From positions 79,665-143,664 of the forward strand of contig DIBU01000008.1 in assembly GCA_002416125.1 (NCBI GenBank): 64,000 nucleotides of DNA, written 5' to 3'. The stretch's first letter is position 1. Each line of letters opens with the position of its first letter. Of the stretch, positions 52,914 to 61,773 are shown in pieces. The position numbers and the translations under genes were made by a program. The notes beneath the pieces were generated by a model that made no database searches, was not told the origin of the DNA, and worked only from the letters and a program-made list of their open reading frames with translations. The stretch comes from Halieaceae bacterium UBA5044 (lineage in GTDB: Bacteria > Pseudomonadota > Gammaproteobacteria > Pseudomonadales > Halieaceae).

Positions 52914-53717
52914 ATGCATCAGGCCAACCCGCTATTCAGTTCCGCCCGCAGAGTCGCTGCCGTCGCCGGCTCCCGAACTGTGCTGGGCATTCTGGGCTGG
53001 GCGCTGTTCATCGGCGGCTGGTGGCTTGCCGCGCATGCCGAGATCGCGCCACCGCGCCTGTTTCCCGGGCCGGAAAAAGTGTTTACCAGTTTGTATGAAT
53101 TACTGGTGGAGAAGGATTTTGCCAGCGATATCTGGGCGAGCGTGAAGCGCATTCTGCTCAGTTTCGGCATCGCCGTGGCGATTGCCCTGCCGCTGGGTCT
53201 GCTGATGGGCGCCTACCGTCCCATCGATCGCGTACTGGGCCCGGTAGCCAGCGCCTTCCGCTACCTGCCGGCACCGGCGTTCATCCCACTGTTACTGATG
53301 TGGCTGGGCACCGGGGACGAGCAGAAAATCGCCCTGTTGGTGATCGGCGTGCTGTTTTTCCTCATCATCATGCTCGCCGACGTTACCCGCCAGGTGCCCA
53401 GGGTATACATCGAAACCGCCCGCACCCTCGGCCTGCGCGCGCCCCAGATTCTGCTTTCGGTCACGTTCAGGGCCAGCCTGCCAGGCTATCTGGATGTGCT
53501 GCGACAGATGCTGGCGGTGAGCTGGACGTATCTGGTAATCGCCGAAATCGTCGCCGCCACCGATGGCATTGGCGCCATGATGATGCGCGCCAAGCGCTTT
53601 GTGCATATTGACGACATCATGGCCGGCATTCTGGTCATCGGCCTGCTCGGCCTGCTTTTTGACGCACTGTTCAAACTGCTGCATCGCACTGCGTTTCGTT
53701 ACCTCGAGTCCCACTAG
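52914..53717 (+). CDS. ABC transporter permease (NitT/TauT family)
   Basis: 267 aa, six TM helices, with the conserved cytoplasmic loop ETARTLGLRAPQILLSVTFRASLP. Confidence 0.85.
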   Translation: MHQANPLFSSARRVAAVAGSRTVLGILGWALFIGGWWLAAHAEIAPPRLFPGPEKVFTSLYELLVEKDFASDIWASVKRILLSFGIAVAIALPLGLLMGAYRPIDRVLGPVASAFRYLPAPAFIPLLLMWLGTGDEQKIALLVIGVLFFLIIMLADVTRQVPRVYIETARTLGLRAPQILLSVTFRASLPGYLDVLRQMLAVSWTYLVIAEIVAATDGIGAMMMRAKRFVHIDDIMAGILVIGLLGLLFDALFKLLHRTAFRYLESH

Positions 53718-53745
53718 CAGCACTCAACCGCAAAGGAGCACCACT

Positions 53746-54771
53746 ATGCGCTATATTCGATCCGGTATTGCCATCCTGGCCCTGGCCCTGGGGTCGGCCA
53801 CCCAGGCCGCTGACCCCGTGAAACTCTCACTCTTTTCCTGGCCCGGCTACGGGTTCTGGTTTATCGCCAAGGAGAAGGGCCTGACCGAGGGGTTGGAGCT
53901 CGACATCAGCATCATCGAGGATCCCTACCAGAGCTTCGCCCTGATGACGGCGGGGGAACTCCACGCCACCTCAAGCACCGCGGAGTATGGTCCCATTGCG
54001 GCCGACAAGGACGTTGGCATCAAGCTGGTGACCTACACCAATCCGTCCTACGGCACGGATAAAATCATCCTCGCACCCGGCATCACCAGCGCGGAGCAGC
54101 TCAAAGGCCAGACAGTCGCAGTGCTGGAGGGTGGCCTGACACAGATCTTCATGGCTGAATGGCTCACCGACAACGGCGTGGGAATCAATGAAGTCACCTT
54201 CACCAACCTGATCATGGACGATGCCGTGGGCGCGATGGTGGGCGGCACCGCGGCCGCCGCGGAATTCTGGGAACCCTTTGGCTCCCAGGTGCTTGAAGCC
54301 ATGCCAGGCGCCACGGTGGCAGCAGACTCCACCGAGGAAAAGTACATCACCACGGCGCTGCTGGGCGACGCCCTCTACATGAGCACGGCCTTCCTGGAGC
54401 AGCGGCCTGAAGACGCGGCCAAACTCACCCGGGCCTACTTCAACGCCGTGGATTTCTGGAAGACAAACACCGCGGAAGCCAACCAGATCATCGCAGATGG
54501 CCTGCAGTTCACGGTGGCGGACGTCGAGCAGGTGCTGGGCAGCACGGGCGACATTCTCAAGGGCGGTATCTTCGTCTTCGACCGCGACCAGGCCGCGATC
54601 TTCATGGGCCTGAAAGACGGTGAACTGCCCCTCGGAATTGCCGCCGACGGCATGCAGAACCACTGGGATATCACCACGGACTGGTGGTTGAAGTTTGGCT
54701 TCATCGACAAGGCCATGCCGATGGCGGCCGGGGTCGACACGACGCCGCTGGCGGCAGCGCTGAACAAATGA
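53746..54771 (+). CDS. periplasmic substrate-binding protein (NMT1/THI5-like), ligand unknown
   Basis: From ATG 53746 (AAAGGAG upstream). Signal peptide MRYIRSGIAILALALGSATQA. Layout resembles the binding protein of the neighbouring guanidine operon. Confidence 0.8.
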   Translation: MRYIRSGIAILALALGSATQAADPVKLSLFSWPGYGFWFIAKEKGLTEGLELDISIIEDPYQSFALMTAGELHATSSTAEYGPIAADKDVGIKLVTYTNPSYGTDKIILAPGITSAEQLKGQTVAVLEGGLTQIFMAEWLTDNGVGINEVTFTNLIMDDAVGAMVGGTAAAAEFWEPFGSQVLEAMPGATVAADSTEEKYITTALLGDALYMSTAFLEQRPEDAAKLTRAYFNAVDFWKTNTAEANQIIADGLQFTVADVEQVLGSTGDILKGGIFVFDRDQAAIFMGLKDGELPLGIAADGMQNHWDITTDWWLKFGFIDKAMPMAAGVDTTPLAAALNK

Positions 54772-55562
54772 CCGCAGGCACACACAGCGGACTTACCGTC
54801 TCGGGCGTCAGCAAGCGTTTTCTGCTGCGCTCGGGACAAACCCTGACCGCGCTGGACAACATCAACTTCGAACTGCCAAAAACCGGGGTCGGGGTGTTAC
54901 TGGGACCGTCCGGTTGCGGTAAATCCACCTTGCTGCGGATTATTGCCGGCCTGGAGACACAGGATGAAGGCGACATCACCGTGGATGGCAGCACCGTCCT
55001 CGGGCCCGGTATAGACCGCGGCATGGTCTTCCAGAACTACAGCTCCTTTCCCTGGCTGACCGTAGAGGAAAACGTCGCGTTCGGCCTGAAAGCCCGGGGC
55101 GAGGCGCTCAGCCTGCGCGAGGGGGTGGTTCCGTATTTCATCAAGGCAGTCAAGCTGGATGGCTTCGAACGCGCCTACCCCCACCAGCTCTCGGGCGGCA
55201 TGCAGCAACGCGTCGCCATCGCCCGCAGCCTGGCCAGTAATCCGTCACTGCTGTTGATGGATGAACCCTTCGGCGCACTGGACCCGGAAACACGCTGGCA
55301 GATGCAGAGCCTGCTGTTGGAAATTGTCCATCAGGAACGTACCACTGTGCTGATGGTGTCCCACGACATCGAGGAAGCGCTGTATCTGGGTGACGTGGTG
55401 TTTTTTATGGGCACGCGGCCCGGGCGCCTGCTGGAGACCATCCGTCCCGGCCTGGAGAAGAGCAGCACCGATCGCGATGCCATACTGGATTTCGATGAAT
55501 ACCGCTTTCTTGAGCGAAAAATTCGGCAGATGATGCGTGCGCAGTCACTGGACTGTGCGTAG
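54768..55562 (+). CDS. ABC transporter ATP-binding protein (NitT/TauT family)
   Basis: ATG 54768 overlaps the previous stop (ATGA). Walker [10 protein letters not shown], signature LSGGMQQR, Walker [12 protein letters not shown]. Confidence 0.9.
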   Translation: MTAGTHSGLTVSGVSKRFLLRSGQTLTALDNINFELPKTGVGVLLGPSGCGKSTLLRIIAGLETQDEGDITVDGSTVLGPGIDRGMVFQNYSSFPWLTVEENVAFGLKARGEALSLREGVVPYFIKAVKLDGFERAYPHQLSGGMQQRVAIARSLASNPSLLLMDEPFGALDPETRWQMQSLLLEIVHQERTTVLMVSHDIEEALYLGDVVFFMGTRPGRLLETIRPGLEKSSTDRDAILDFDEYRFLERKIRQMMRAQSLDCA

Positions 55563-56156
55563 CAGGCGCAGAAACTCACCGACAAAGAAGTCGAGATTGT
55601 TATCCAGGTCGGTGATGCCGGAATCGAACAGCCAGCTCTGGGTCAGTCCCATCAGGTAAGCATACATGGACAGCGCCACCGTGCGGCTCGCAACACCTCC
55701 CTGAACGCCCTGCTCCCGACGGTAGCGCTCCACCCAGGCCGCAAAGGTCGCAATCAGGGAGGCCGTCAATGCGCGTTCGCGCGCCAGTGTTTTTGATACC
55801 GCCTCGGTAAACTCGGTCTTGTTGAGAAAGATCTCGAATGACTGCCGAAAATAATGATCATCCAACAGCATACGCAGCCACTGGCGAGAGAAGTCCGCTG
55901 CGGCCGCGAGCGGGTCGCTGGCCTCGTGGTGCAGCGCAACCAGCCGCTCCAGCGGCAGCTGTGAGTAGGCGAGGATTTCTTCAAACAACTCTTCTTTGCT
56001 GGCGAAATGCCAGTAGATGGGCCCGCGGGAGCACCCTGCCTCCTCCGCAATCAGTCGCAGGGTGGTGCCGCTGTAGCCTCGTTGGCCAAAGAGTTTGAGC
56101 GCCGCATCCACCAGGCTCTGCCGGGTTTTCGCTGCATCCTCCTTGGTTCGCCTCAT
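55545..56156 (-). CDS. TetR/AcrR-family transcriptional regulator
   Basis: MRRTKEDAAKTRQSLVDAALKLFGQRGYSGTTLRLIAEEAGCSRGPIYWHFASKEELF HTH domain. Lies downstream of the GS-like gene on the same strand. Confidence 0.85.
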   Translation of the reverse strand: MRRTKEDAAKTRQSLVDAALKLFGQRGYSGTTLRLIAEEAGCSRGPIYWHFASKEELFEEILAYSQLPLERLVALHHEASDPLAAAADFSRQWLRMLLDDHYFRQSFEIFLNKTEFTEAVSKTLARERALTASLIATFAAWVERYRREQGVQGGVASRTVALSMYAYLMGLTQSWLFDSGITDLDNNLDFFVGEFLRLLRTVQ

Positions 56157-56235
56157 GATCCGACCCGAGCAATGGAAAACCTACAGTGTAGGGACGCGAC
56201 CGGCAAAGGCAAGTCGCGACCCCCGGTGGTAACGG

Positions 56236-57588
56236 TTAACCGAAGAGTCGCAGATAGCGCGCCACTTCCCAGTCCGATACGATGTTGTGGTAACTGTCCC
56301 ATTCCGCCCGCTTGAAGTCGACAAAGGCCTTGTGCATCGCGGGGCCCAGCACCTGATAGGCCAGTTCATCAGCGGCGATAGCCTCTGTCGCCTCGGCGAG
56401 GGTCTTCGGCAGACACTGAATGCCGGCCTTGGCGATTTCCGCATCACTGTAATGGTACATGTTCTCCCGGTGCGGCTGACCGGGGTCAATACCCTGCTCT
56501 ATGCCCTCCAACCCTGCGGCGAGCATCAGGGCCGCACCGAGATAGGGATTGCAGGCGATATCCGGCGCCCGGCACTCGACCCGTGCACCGGCACTGGGAA
56601 TACGCAACATATTGGTGCGATTGTTATTGCCGTAACAGCAGAACACCGGTGCCCAGGTGGAGCCGGACATGCTGCCCTGACGCACCAGCCGCTTGTAACT
56701 GTTCACGGTGGGCGCGACCACCGCGCTGATGGCCTTGGCGTGGCGCAACACGCCCCCGATAAACTGGTAGGCGAGCTCGGAGACACCGCAGTCGTAGCGA
56801 TCGGCATCCGGGCTCACTGCGAACAGATTCTGCCCGGTGTCCACACTCGCCAGGGACATGTTGTAATGGGCGCCACTGCCCGTGCGGTCAGCGAAGGGTT
56901 TGGGCATGAAACTGGCGAAGGCACCATGCTTGCGCGCAATTTCGTTGGCCAGCAAGCGGAAATACACCAGGCGATCAGCCATGGTCAGCGCATCCGCGTA
57001 ATTGAAGTCGATCTCGAACTGGCCGTTGGCATCTTCGTGATCGAAGGAATAAACGCCCCAACCCATGTCAGTCAGTGCCTGTACCAACTCGTCGATAATC
57101 ACGATGTTATCCATCATGCTGGGGATGTCGTAACAAGGCTTGCCCAGGGTATCGCGCTCACTGAAAGGCACCGGGCGCCCGTCAGCCCCCTTGCGCAGGA
57201 TGAAAAACTCGGTTTCTATCCCCAGGTTGAAGGTAAACCCCATGGCGGCGGCTTTCGCCAGCTGACGCTTGAGAATCGTGCGGGAGCAGGCCTCGAAGGG
57301 TTCTCCCTGCAGATACAGGTCGCTGGCAAACCAGGCCAGCTCCGGGTTCCACTGGCACTGCTGCATGGACGCCATGTCGGGCATGGCAGCCACTTCATCA
57401 TCGGCAATGTCCTGTGGCACGCCGTCGAGGGCCGCGCCGGTAAACAGCTCCGAGCCGGCAAACATCTGCTTGAAATGGCCGACAGGCACAAACTTGCCCT
57501 TGCTGGCGCCGTGAATATCCACGTAGCTCGCCATACCGTATTTAATACCCTGTTCCAGACAACGCTGTTTCAACTGTTCAATGTTCAT
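56236..57588 (-). CDS. glutamine synthetase family protein, type III / gamma-glutamyl-amine ligase-like
   Basis: 450 aa. GS catalytic-domain motifs (NLGIETEFF, GSGAHYNMSL, NRTNMLRIP). The size and N-terminus fit GlnT/PuuA/GmaS-like enzymes rather than GlnA. Confidence 0.85.
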   Translation of the reverse strand: MNIEQLKQRCLEQGIKYGMASYVDIHGASKGKFVPVGHFKQMFAGSELFTGAALDGVPQDIADDEVAAMPDMASMQQCQWNPELAWFASDLYLQGEPFEACSRTILKRQLAKAAAMGFTFNLGIETEFFILRKGADGRPVPFSERDTLGKPCYDIPSMMDNIVIIDELVQALTDMGWGVYSFDHEDANGQFEIDFNYADALTMADRLVYFRLLANEIARKHGAFASFMPKPFADRTGSGAHYNMSLASVDTGQNLFAVSPDADRYDCGVSELAYQFIGGVLRHAKAISAVVAPTVNSYKRLVRQGSMSGSTWAPVFCCYGNNNRTNMLRIPSAGARVECRAPDIACNPYLGAALMLAAGLEGIEQGIDPGQPHRENMYHYSDAEIAKAGIQCLPKTLAEATEAIAADELAYQVLGPAMHKAFVDFKRAEWDSYHNIVSDWEVARYLRLFG

Positions 57589-57607
57589 GACTGCTCCATA
57601 AGCGGGA

Positions 57608-57658
57608 ATGTTTCTTGCTAGTCAGAAGCATCCAAGAAACATGCCAGAATGCATGTTT
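57608..57658. promoter_or_regulatory. nested inverted repeats (candidate TetR operator) in the GS-like / MetX-like divergent intergenic region
   Basis: ATGTTTCTTG (57608..57617) pairs with CAAGAAACAT (57633..57642). AAACATGC (57637..57644) pairs with GCATGTTT (57651..57658). A sigma54-like TGGCATGTTTCTTGGA lies on the minus strand at 57631..57646, but its -12 element is GG, not GC. Confidence 0.4.
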
Positions 57659-57690
57659 AAATTGTTCGACCTGAACCCGGAGTCAAGTCA

Positions 57691-58701
57691 TTGAAAAACA
57701 AGCTGTATTGGCAGGAAAACGAACATGCGCTGGGGGACCTTGTGCTGGAAAGCGGCACGGTGCTGCGCAATGCCCGCCTGCGCTACCACCAATTTGGTGC
57801 GCTGAACGCACCAAAAGACAACCTCGTGTTGCTGCCCACCTACTACGGCGGCGTTGCCGCCAGCAACCGTGCCTGGGTGGATGACCCCGACAGCCCACTC
57901 GGCAGCGGTGACTACTGCGTGGTCATTCCCTGCCTGTTTGGTGCCGGGGAGTCCAGTTCGCCCAGCAACACGCCAGCGCCACAGTCCGGACCGGACTTCC
58001 CACAGGTGAGCATCGGCGACAACGTGCGTGCACAACAGCTGCTGCTACAGGCGCGCTTTGGGGGTGCCAATCCCCGGCTGGTGATGGGCTGGTCGATGGG
58101 GGGAATGCAGGCACTGCACTGGCACAGGGCCCGCGGCAACGCCGTTGGCAGCGTGCTCGCCGTCTGTGCCACCATCGGCTGTTACCCACACAACCGGGTT
58201 TTTCTCGACGGTGTGGCGGCGGCCCTCACGGCGGATGCGGCCTTTGCCGACGGTCACTACCGCACACCGCCGGTCCGCGGCCTTGGCGCATTTGCCACAG
58301 TCTATGCCGGCTGGGCCTACAGTCAGGCTTTCTTCAGCAACGCGCGCTACCGCGAATTGGGTTTTGCCGATATCGGGGACGTACTGGACTACTGGAGAGA
58401 GGATCACCTGCAGCAGGACGCCAACAACCTGTTGCTGCAACTGCGCACCTGGCAGCAGGCTCCGCTGCCGACGGCTGACGCCGATGATGCGCAGCCGGGC
58501 TGCCCCGGCATCCTCATGCCCTGCAGCACTGATCTCTATTTCACGGCCGAGGACGCCGCGCACGATGCGACGGTCCTGGGGATGGAGTGTCGGGTGATCG
58601 AATCGGAATTTGGCCATGTCGCCGGTGGCCCTGGGCGCGTGGCCGCCGCAAGCCGCCAGATCTTCGCCGCTGCGGCCGAGCTGCTCGCCGCCAGCGCCTG
58701 A
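57691..58701 (+). CDS. alpha/beta hydrolase of the homoserine O-acetyltransferase (MetX-like) family
   Basis: TTG start. Nucleophile elbow MGWSMGGMQAL. Overall MetX-like layout (LGDLVLESGTVLRNARLRYHQFG...). Confidence 0.75.
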   Translation: MKNKLYWQENEHALGDLVLESGTVLRNARLRYHQFGALNAPKDNLVLLPTYYGGVAASNRAWVDDPDSPLGSGDYCVVIPCLFGAGESSSPSNTPAPQSGPDFPQVSIGDNVRAQQLLLQARFGGANPRLVMGWSMGGMQALHWHRARGNAVGSVLAVCATIGCYPHNRVFLDGVAAALTADAAFADGHYRTPPVRGLGAFATVYAGWAYSQAFFSNARYRELGFADIGDVLDYWREDHLQQDANNLLLQLRTWQQAPLPTADADDAQPGCPGILMPCSTDLYFTAEDAAHDATVLGMECRVIESEFGHVAGGPGRVAAASRQIFAAAAELLAASA

Positions 58702-58723
58702 GCGCAACGCAAAAAGCGGCCAT

Positions 58724-58747
58724 AAAAAAGGGGGCCCGAAGGCCCCC
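58724..58747 (-). terminator. intrinsic terminator of the porin-glnK-amtB operon
   Basis: The minus strand reads GGGGGCC-UUCG-GGCCCCC followed by UUUUUU, about 40 nt after the amtB stop. Confidence 0.8.
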
Positions 58748-58784
58748 AAACACGCATTGCATCAATGCGCCCGCAAGCTGTTGC

Positions 58785-60056
58785 TCACTTCTGTGCCACA
58801 AACTCCGGATAGGCTTCCATACCACATTCGGAGAGGTCGACACCTTCGTACTCTTCCTCTTCGCTGACACGCACACCCATGACCGCCTTGAGGATGGCCC
58901 AGGTGATCAGGCTGGCGCCGAAGACCCAGACAAAGATCACCAGGGTGCCGACGAGCTGACCCATGAAGGTGGCATCGGGGTCAGACAGCAGGACCGCGAA
59001 GATACCCCAGATACCGACGACGCCGTGCACGGAGATGGCGCCGACCGGATCGTCGATTTTCACTTTGTCCATGGCAACGATGCTGAACACAACGATCACA
59101 CCACCAATCGCACCGATGATCATCGCCAGCATCGGCGTGGGATCTGCGGGCTCAGCCGTAATCGCTACCAGGCCAGCCAGCGCACCGTTCAAGGCCATGG
59201 TCAGGTCGGCTTTACCGAAGATCAGGCGTGACAGCAGCAGGGCCGCAATCAGACCACCGGCAGCCGCAGCGTTGGTGTTCAGGAACACGTTGGCCACTTC
59301 GTTGGCCACGGCAATGCCACCCAGCTTGAGCGTGGAGCCGCCGTTGAAGCCGAACCAGCCCATCCAGAGGATGAAGGTACCCAGCGTGGCCAGCGGCATG
59401 TTGGCGCCCGGAATGGCCTTGACGGAACCGTCAGCAGCGTATTTACCCTTGCGCGGACCGAGCAGCAGAACACCCGCAAGCGCCGCAGCCGCACCAGCAA
59501 GGTGCACGATACCGGAGCCGGCGTAGTCGCTGTAGGACAGCTCACCGATGAACGGAACCGCCTTGCCACCCCAGGTCCAGCCGCCCTCGATGGGGTAGAT
59601 GAAGCCGGTCATGACAACGGCAAAGGCCAGGAACGCCCACAGTTTCATGCGTTCGGCAACTGCACCGGACACAATCGACATGGCCGTGGCGACAAACACC
59701 ACCTGGAAGAAGAAGTCGGATGCGCCGGAGTACACCGAGTCGCCACCGAAACCGGCTTCCGCGGAGTCCGCCAGCACCGCTGCCACCGCCGCATCATCCA
59801 TCTGCGCCACGGTGGTCACACCGGACAGGAAGAAGCCGCCGTCGTACATGAACTGGTAACCGCAGATCAGGTACATGGTGCACGCAATGGCGTACAGGGC
59901 CACGTTCTTGGTCAGGATTTCCGTCGTGTTCTTGGCGCGCACCAGGCCCGCCTCCAACATCGCGAAGCCGGCCGCCATCCACATCACGAGGGCGCCGCAC
60001 ACCAGGAAATAAAAGGTGTCCATCGCGTACTGTAATTCAAATATCTGGTTTTCCAT
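58785..60056 (-). CDS. amtB: ammonium transporter AmtB
   Basis: From ATG 60056. Amt signatures (AGFAMLEAGLVRAKN, DYAGSGIVHL, VHGVVGIWG). Confidence 0.93.
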   Translation of the reverse strand: MENQIFELQYAMDTFYFLVCGALVMWMAAGFAMLEAGLVRAKNTTEILTKNVALYAIACTMYLICGYQFMYDGGFFLSGVTTVAQMDDAAVAAVLADSAEAGFGGDSVYSGASDFFFQVVFVATAMSIVSGAVAERMKLWAFLAFAVVMTGFIYPIEGGWTWGGKAVPFIGELSYSDYAGSGIVHLAGAAAALAGVLLLGPRKGKYAADGSVKAIPGANMPLATLGTFILWMGWFGFNGGSTLKLGGIAVANEVANVFLNTNAAAAGGLIAALLLSRLIFGKADLTMALNGALAGLVAITAEPADPTPMLAMIIGAIGGVIVVFSIVAMDKVKIDDPVGAISVHGVVGIWGIFAVLLSDPDATFMGQLVGTLVIFVWVFGASLITWAILKAVMGVRVSEEEEYEGVDLSECGMEAYPEFVAQK

Positions 60057-60088
60057 GGGAATCACTCTCGTAGTTAGTCTCGGTGGAT

Positions 60089-60442
<354 letters not shown>

Positions 60443-60449
60443 TCAGCAG

Positions 60450-60467
60450 GGCGCCCCGCAGGGCGCC
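60450..60467 (-). other. GC hairpin between the porin gene and glnK (possible attenuator or processing site)
   Basis: GGCGCCC-N4-GGGCGCC perfect 7-bp stem with no U tract. Confidence 0.3.
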
Positions 60468-60489
60468 GTAGGTTTCAGTCCCGAAACGC

Positions 60490-61164
60490 TTAGAGGCTCT
60501 TCGAGATGGAGAACACGATGCGATCATCCGCAGCGTCCACATCGTCAAGATCCGTTCCGATCAGGGCCAGCGCGAAGTCCAGCTCCATGGCGCTGTAACC
60601 GAAGGTCACGCCGTAATCCGTGTAGCTGTCGGCGCCATCTTCCCAGTAGTCGTCCTGGTCGGTGTCGGTGAAGCCGATGTTGAAGTCGACGGTGAGAACG
60701 TCGGTCAGGCTCAGGGAGTAGCCGGCGGAGTAGTACATGTACTCGGGGCCGCCGTCACCAAACTCGTCTGAGTACACAAAGCCAACGCTGAAGTCGGCGT
60801 AGCTCAGGCCCAGGGCGTATTCGATGTAGTCGAGGGAAGACTCACCCTCGTAATCGAAGTAGAAGAAGCCCACGTCGTAGCCGAAGCCGCCGTCGGTTTC
60901 ACCGGCGTAGCCGAAGTAATAATCCATCTCGGTGGTAGCACCACCGAAGGCGACGTTGGAGGCCCAGATGCCGGCGTACAGGCCGGAATCACCCGACCAG
61001 TCGAAGCCGCCCTGGATGGCGCCTTTCTCGTCAGTCTGCGAGATACCGCGGAACACGTAATCCGTGGCGAGGGTCACGTTGCCGGAGATCTCTGCCTGGG
61101 CAGAAACAGCGCCTGCGAACAGGACGGCGGCGACAGAAGCGGGAAGCAGTTTTTTGTGCAGCAT
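60490..61164 (-). CDS. TorF-family putative outer-membrane porin (TIGR02001-like)
   Basis: Signal peptide MLHKKLLPASVAAVLFAGAVSAQA. Motif ISGNVTLATDYVFRGISQTD and Tyr/Gly/Asp-rich beta strands. First gene ahead of glnK-amtB. Confidence 0.75.
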   Translation of the reverse strand: MLHKKLLPASVAAVLFAGAVSAQAEISGNVTLATDYVFRGISQTDEKGAIQGGFDWSGDSGLYAGIWASNVAFGGATTEMDYYFGYAGETDGGFGYDVGFFYFDYEGESSLDYIEYALGLSYADFSVGFVYSDEFGDGGPEYMYYSAGYSLSLTDVLTVDFNIGFTDTDQDDYWEDGADSYTDYGVTFGYSAMELDFALALIGTDLDDVDAADDRIVFSISKSL

Positions 61165-61256
61165 GTGTGGTTCTCCTTGGTTTGGCAGTCAAAAAAAATC
61201 TGTGCCAGGCACGGAACTTTTTTGCTCTGCATAATTCGCGTTTGCACCCCGGTCTT

Positions 61257-61272
61257 TGCAGGTGCTGTGCCA
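61257..61272 (-). promoter_or_regulatory. sigma54-type promoter of the porin-glnK-amtB operon
   Basis: The reverse complement is TGGCACAGCACCTGCA, with exact GG-N10-GC spacing. About 95 nt upstream of the porin ATG. Confidence 0.65.
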
Positions 61273-61360
61273 ACCAGAAAAAAAACCATTATTTACAAAG
61301 CGTTAAGGGATTTTGGGGCTCGCTGCACGCGATTTCCGCCAGGGGTCAACGGCAGCGACG

Positions 61361-61395
61361 CGCACCATTAGGATGCACCGCACCCTATTGGTGCA
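61361..61395. promoter_or_regulatory. two tandem NtrC-type binding sites
   Basis: CGCACCATTAGGATGCA (61361..61377) and CGCACCCTATTGGTGCA (61379..61395), against consensus TGCACC-N5-GGTGCA. About 100-130 bp upstream of the sigma54-type promoter. Confidence 0.55.
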
Positions 61396-61470
61396 CCAAG
61401 ATGATCTGTGCGCCGTTTTGCAATTCCTCTACACTGCGACCTGTCCTGTCTGGCAGAGGAAATGCGCATT

Positions 61471-61731
61471 ATGGCCCTGAAACCACCGCCGATCAGTGAA
61501 GTACTGCAGCAGATGTCGGCCCTGGTCGGCAGTCCGGGCCTGCGCGCGGAAGTCGACAGGGGCGCGCGCGCCCTGGCGCAGTCCGCATTGGGCAAACTGG
61601 ACGTTGTCAGCCGCGAGGAGTTTGACGCGCAGGCCGCGATACTGGCCCGCACCCGGGCCAGGGTCGCCGAGTTGGAAGCTGAACTGGAGGCCCTGACGCG
61701 AGAGTTCGAGTCGCTGAAACCCCAAACCTGA
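61471..61731 (+). CDS. ubiK: UbiK/YqiC-family accessory factor (BMFP coiled-coil protein)
   Basis: The start is ATG 61471 or 61462. LGKLDVVSREEFDAQAAILARTRARVAELEAELEAL matches the YqiC pattern. Confidence 0.7.
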   Translation: MALKPPPISEVLQQMSALVGSPGLRAEVDRGARALAQSALGKLDVVSREEFDAQAAILARTRARVAELEAELEALTREFESLKPQT

Positions 61732-61752
61732 CCTCTCCACTCACCGGAGAGG
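61732..61752 (+). other. hairpin between ubiK and yifB
   Basis: CCTCTCC-N7-GGAGAGG perfect 7-bp stem immediately after the ubiK stop. There is no clear U tract. Confidence 0.3.
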
Positions 61753-61773
61753 CTCTGTGCTCAAGGATGAGCC

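Noticed and set aside
61193-61208. Second sigma54-like element on the minus strand (TGGCACAGATTTTTTT), about 30 nt upstream of the porin start codon.
   Set aside because: It has a good -24 TGGCAC, but the -12 position is TT rather than GC. The element at 61257..61272 fits the consensus fully.
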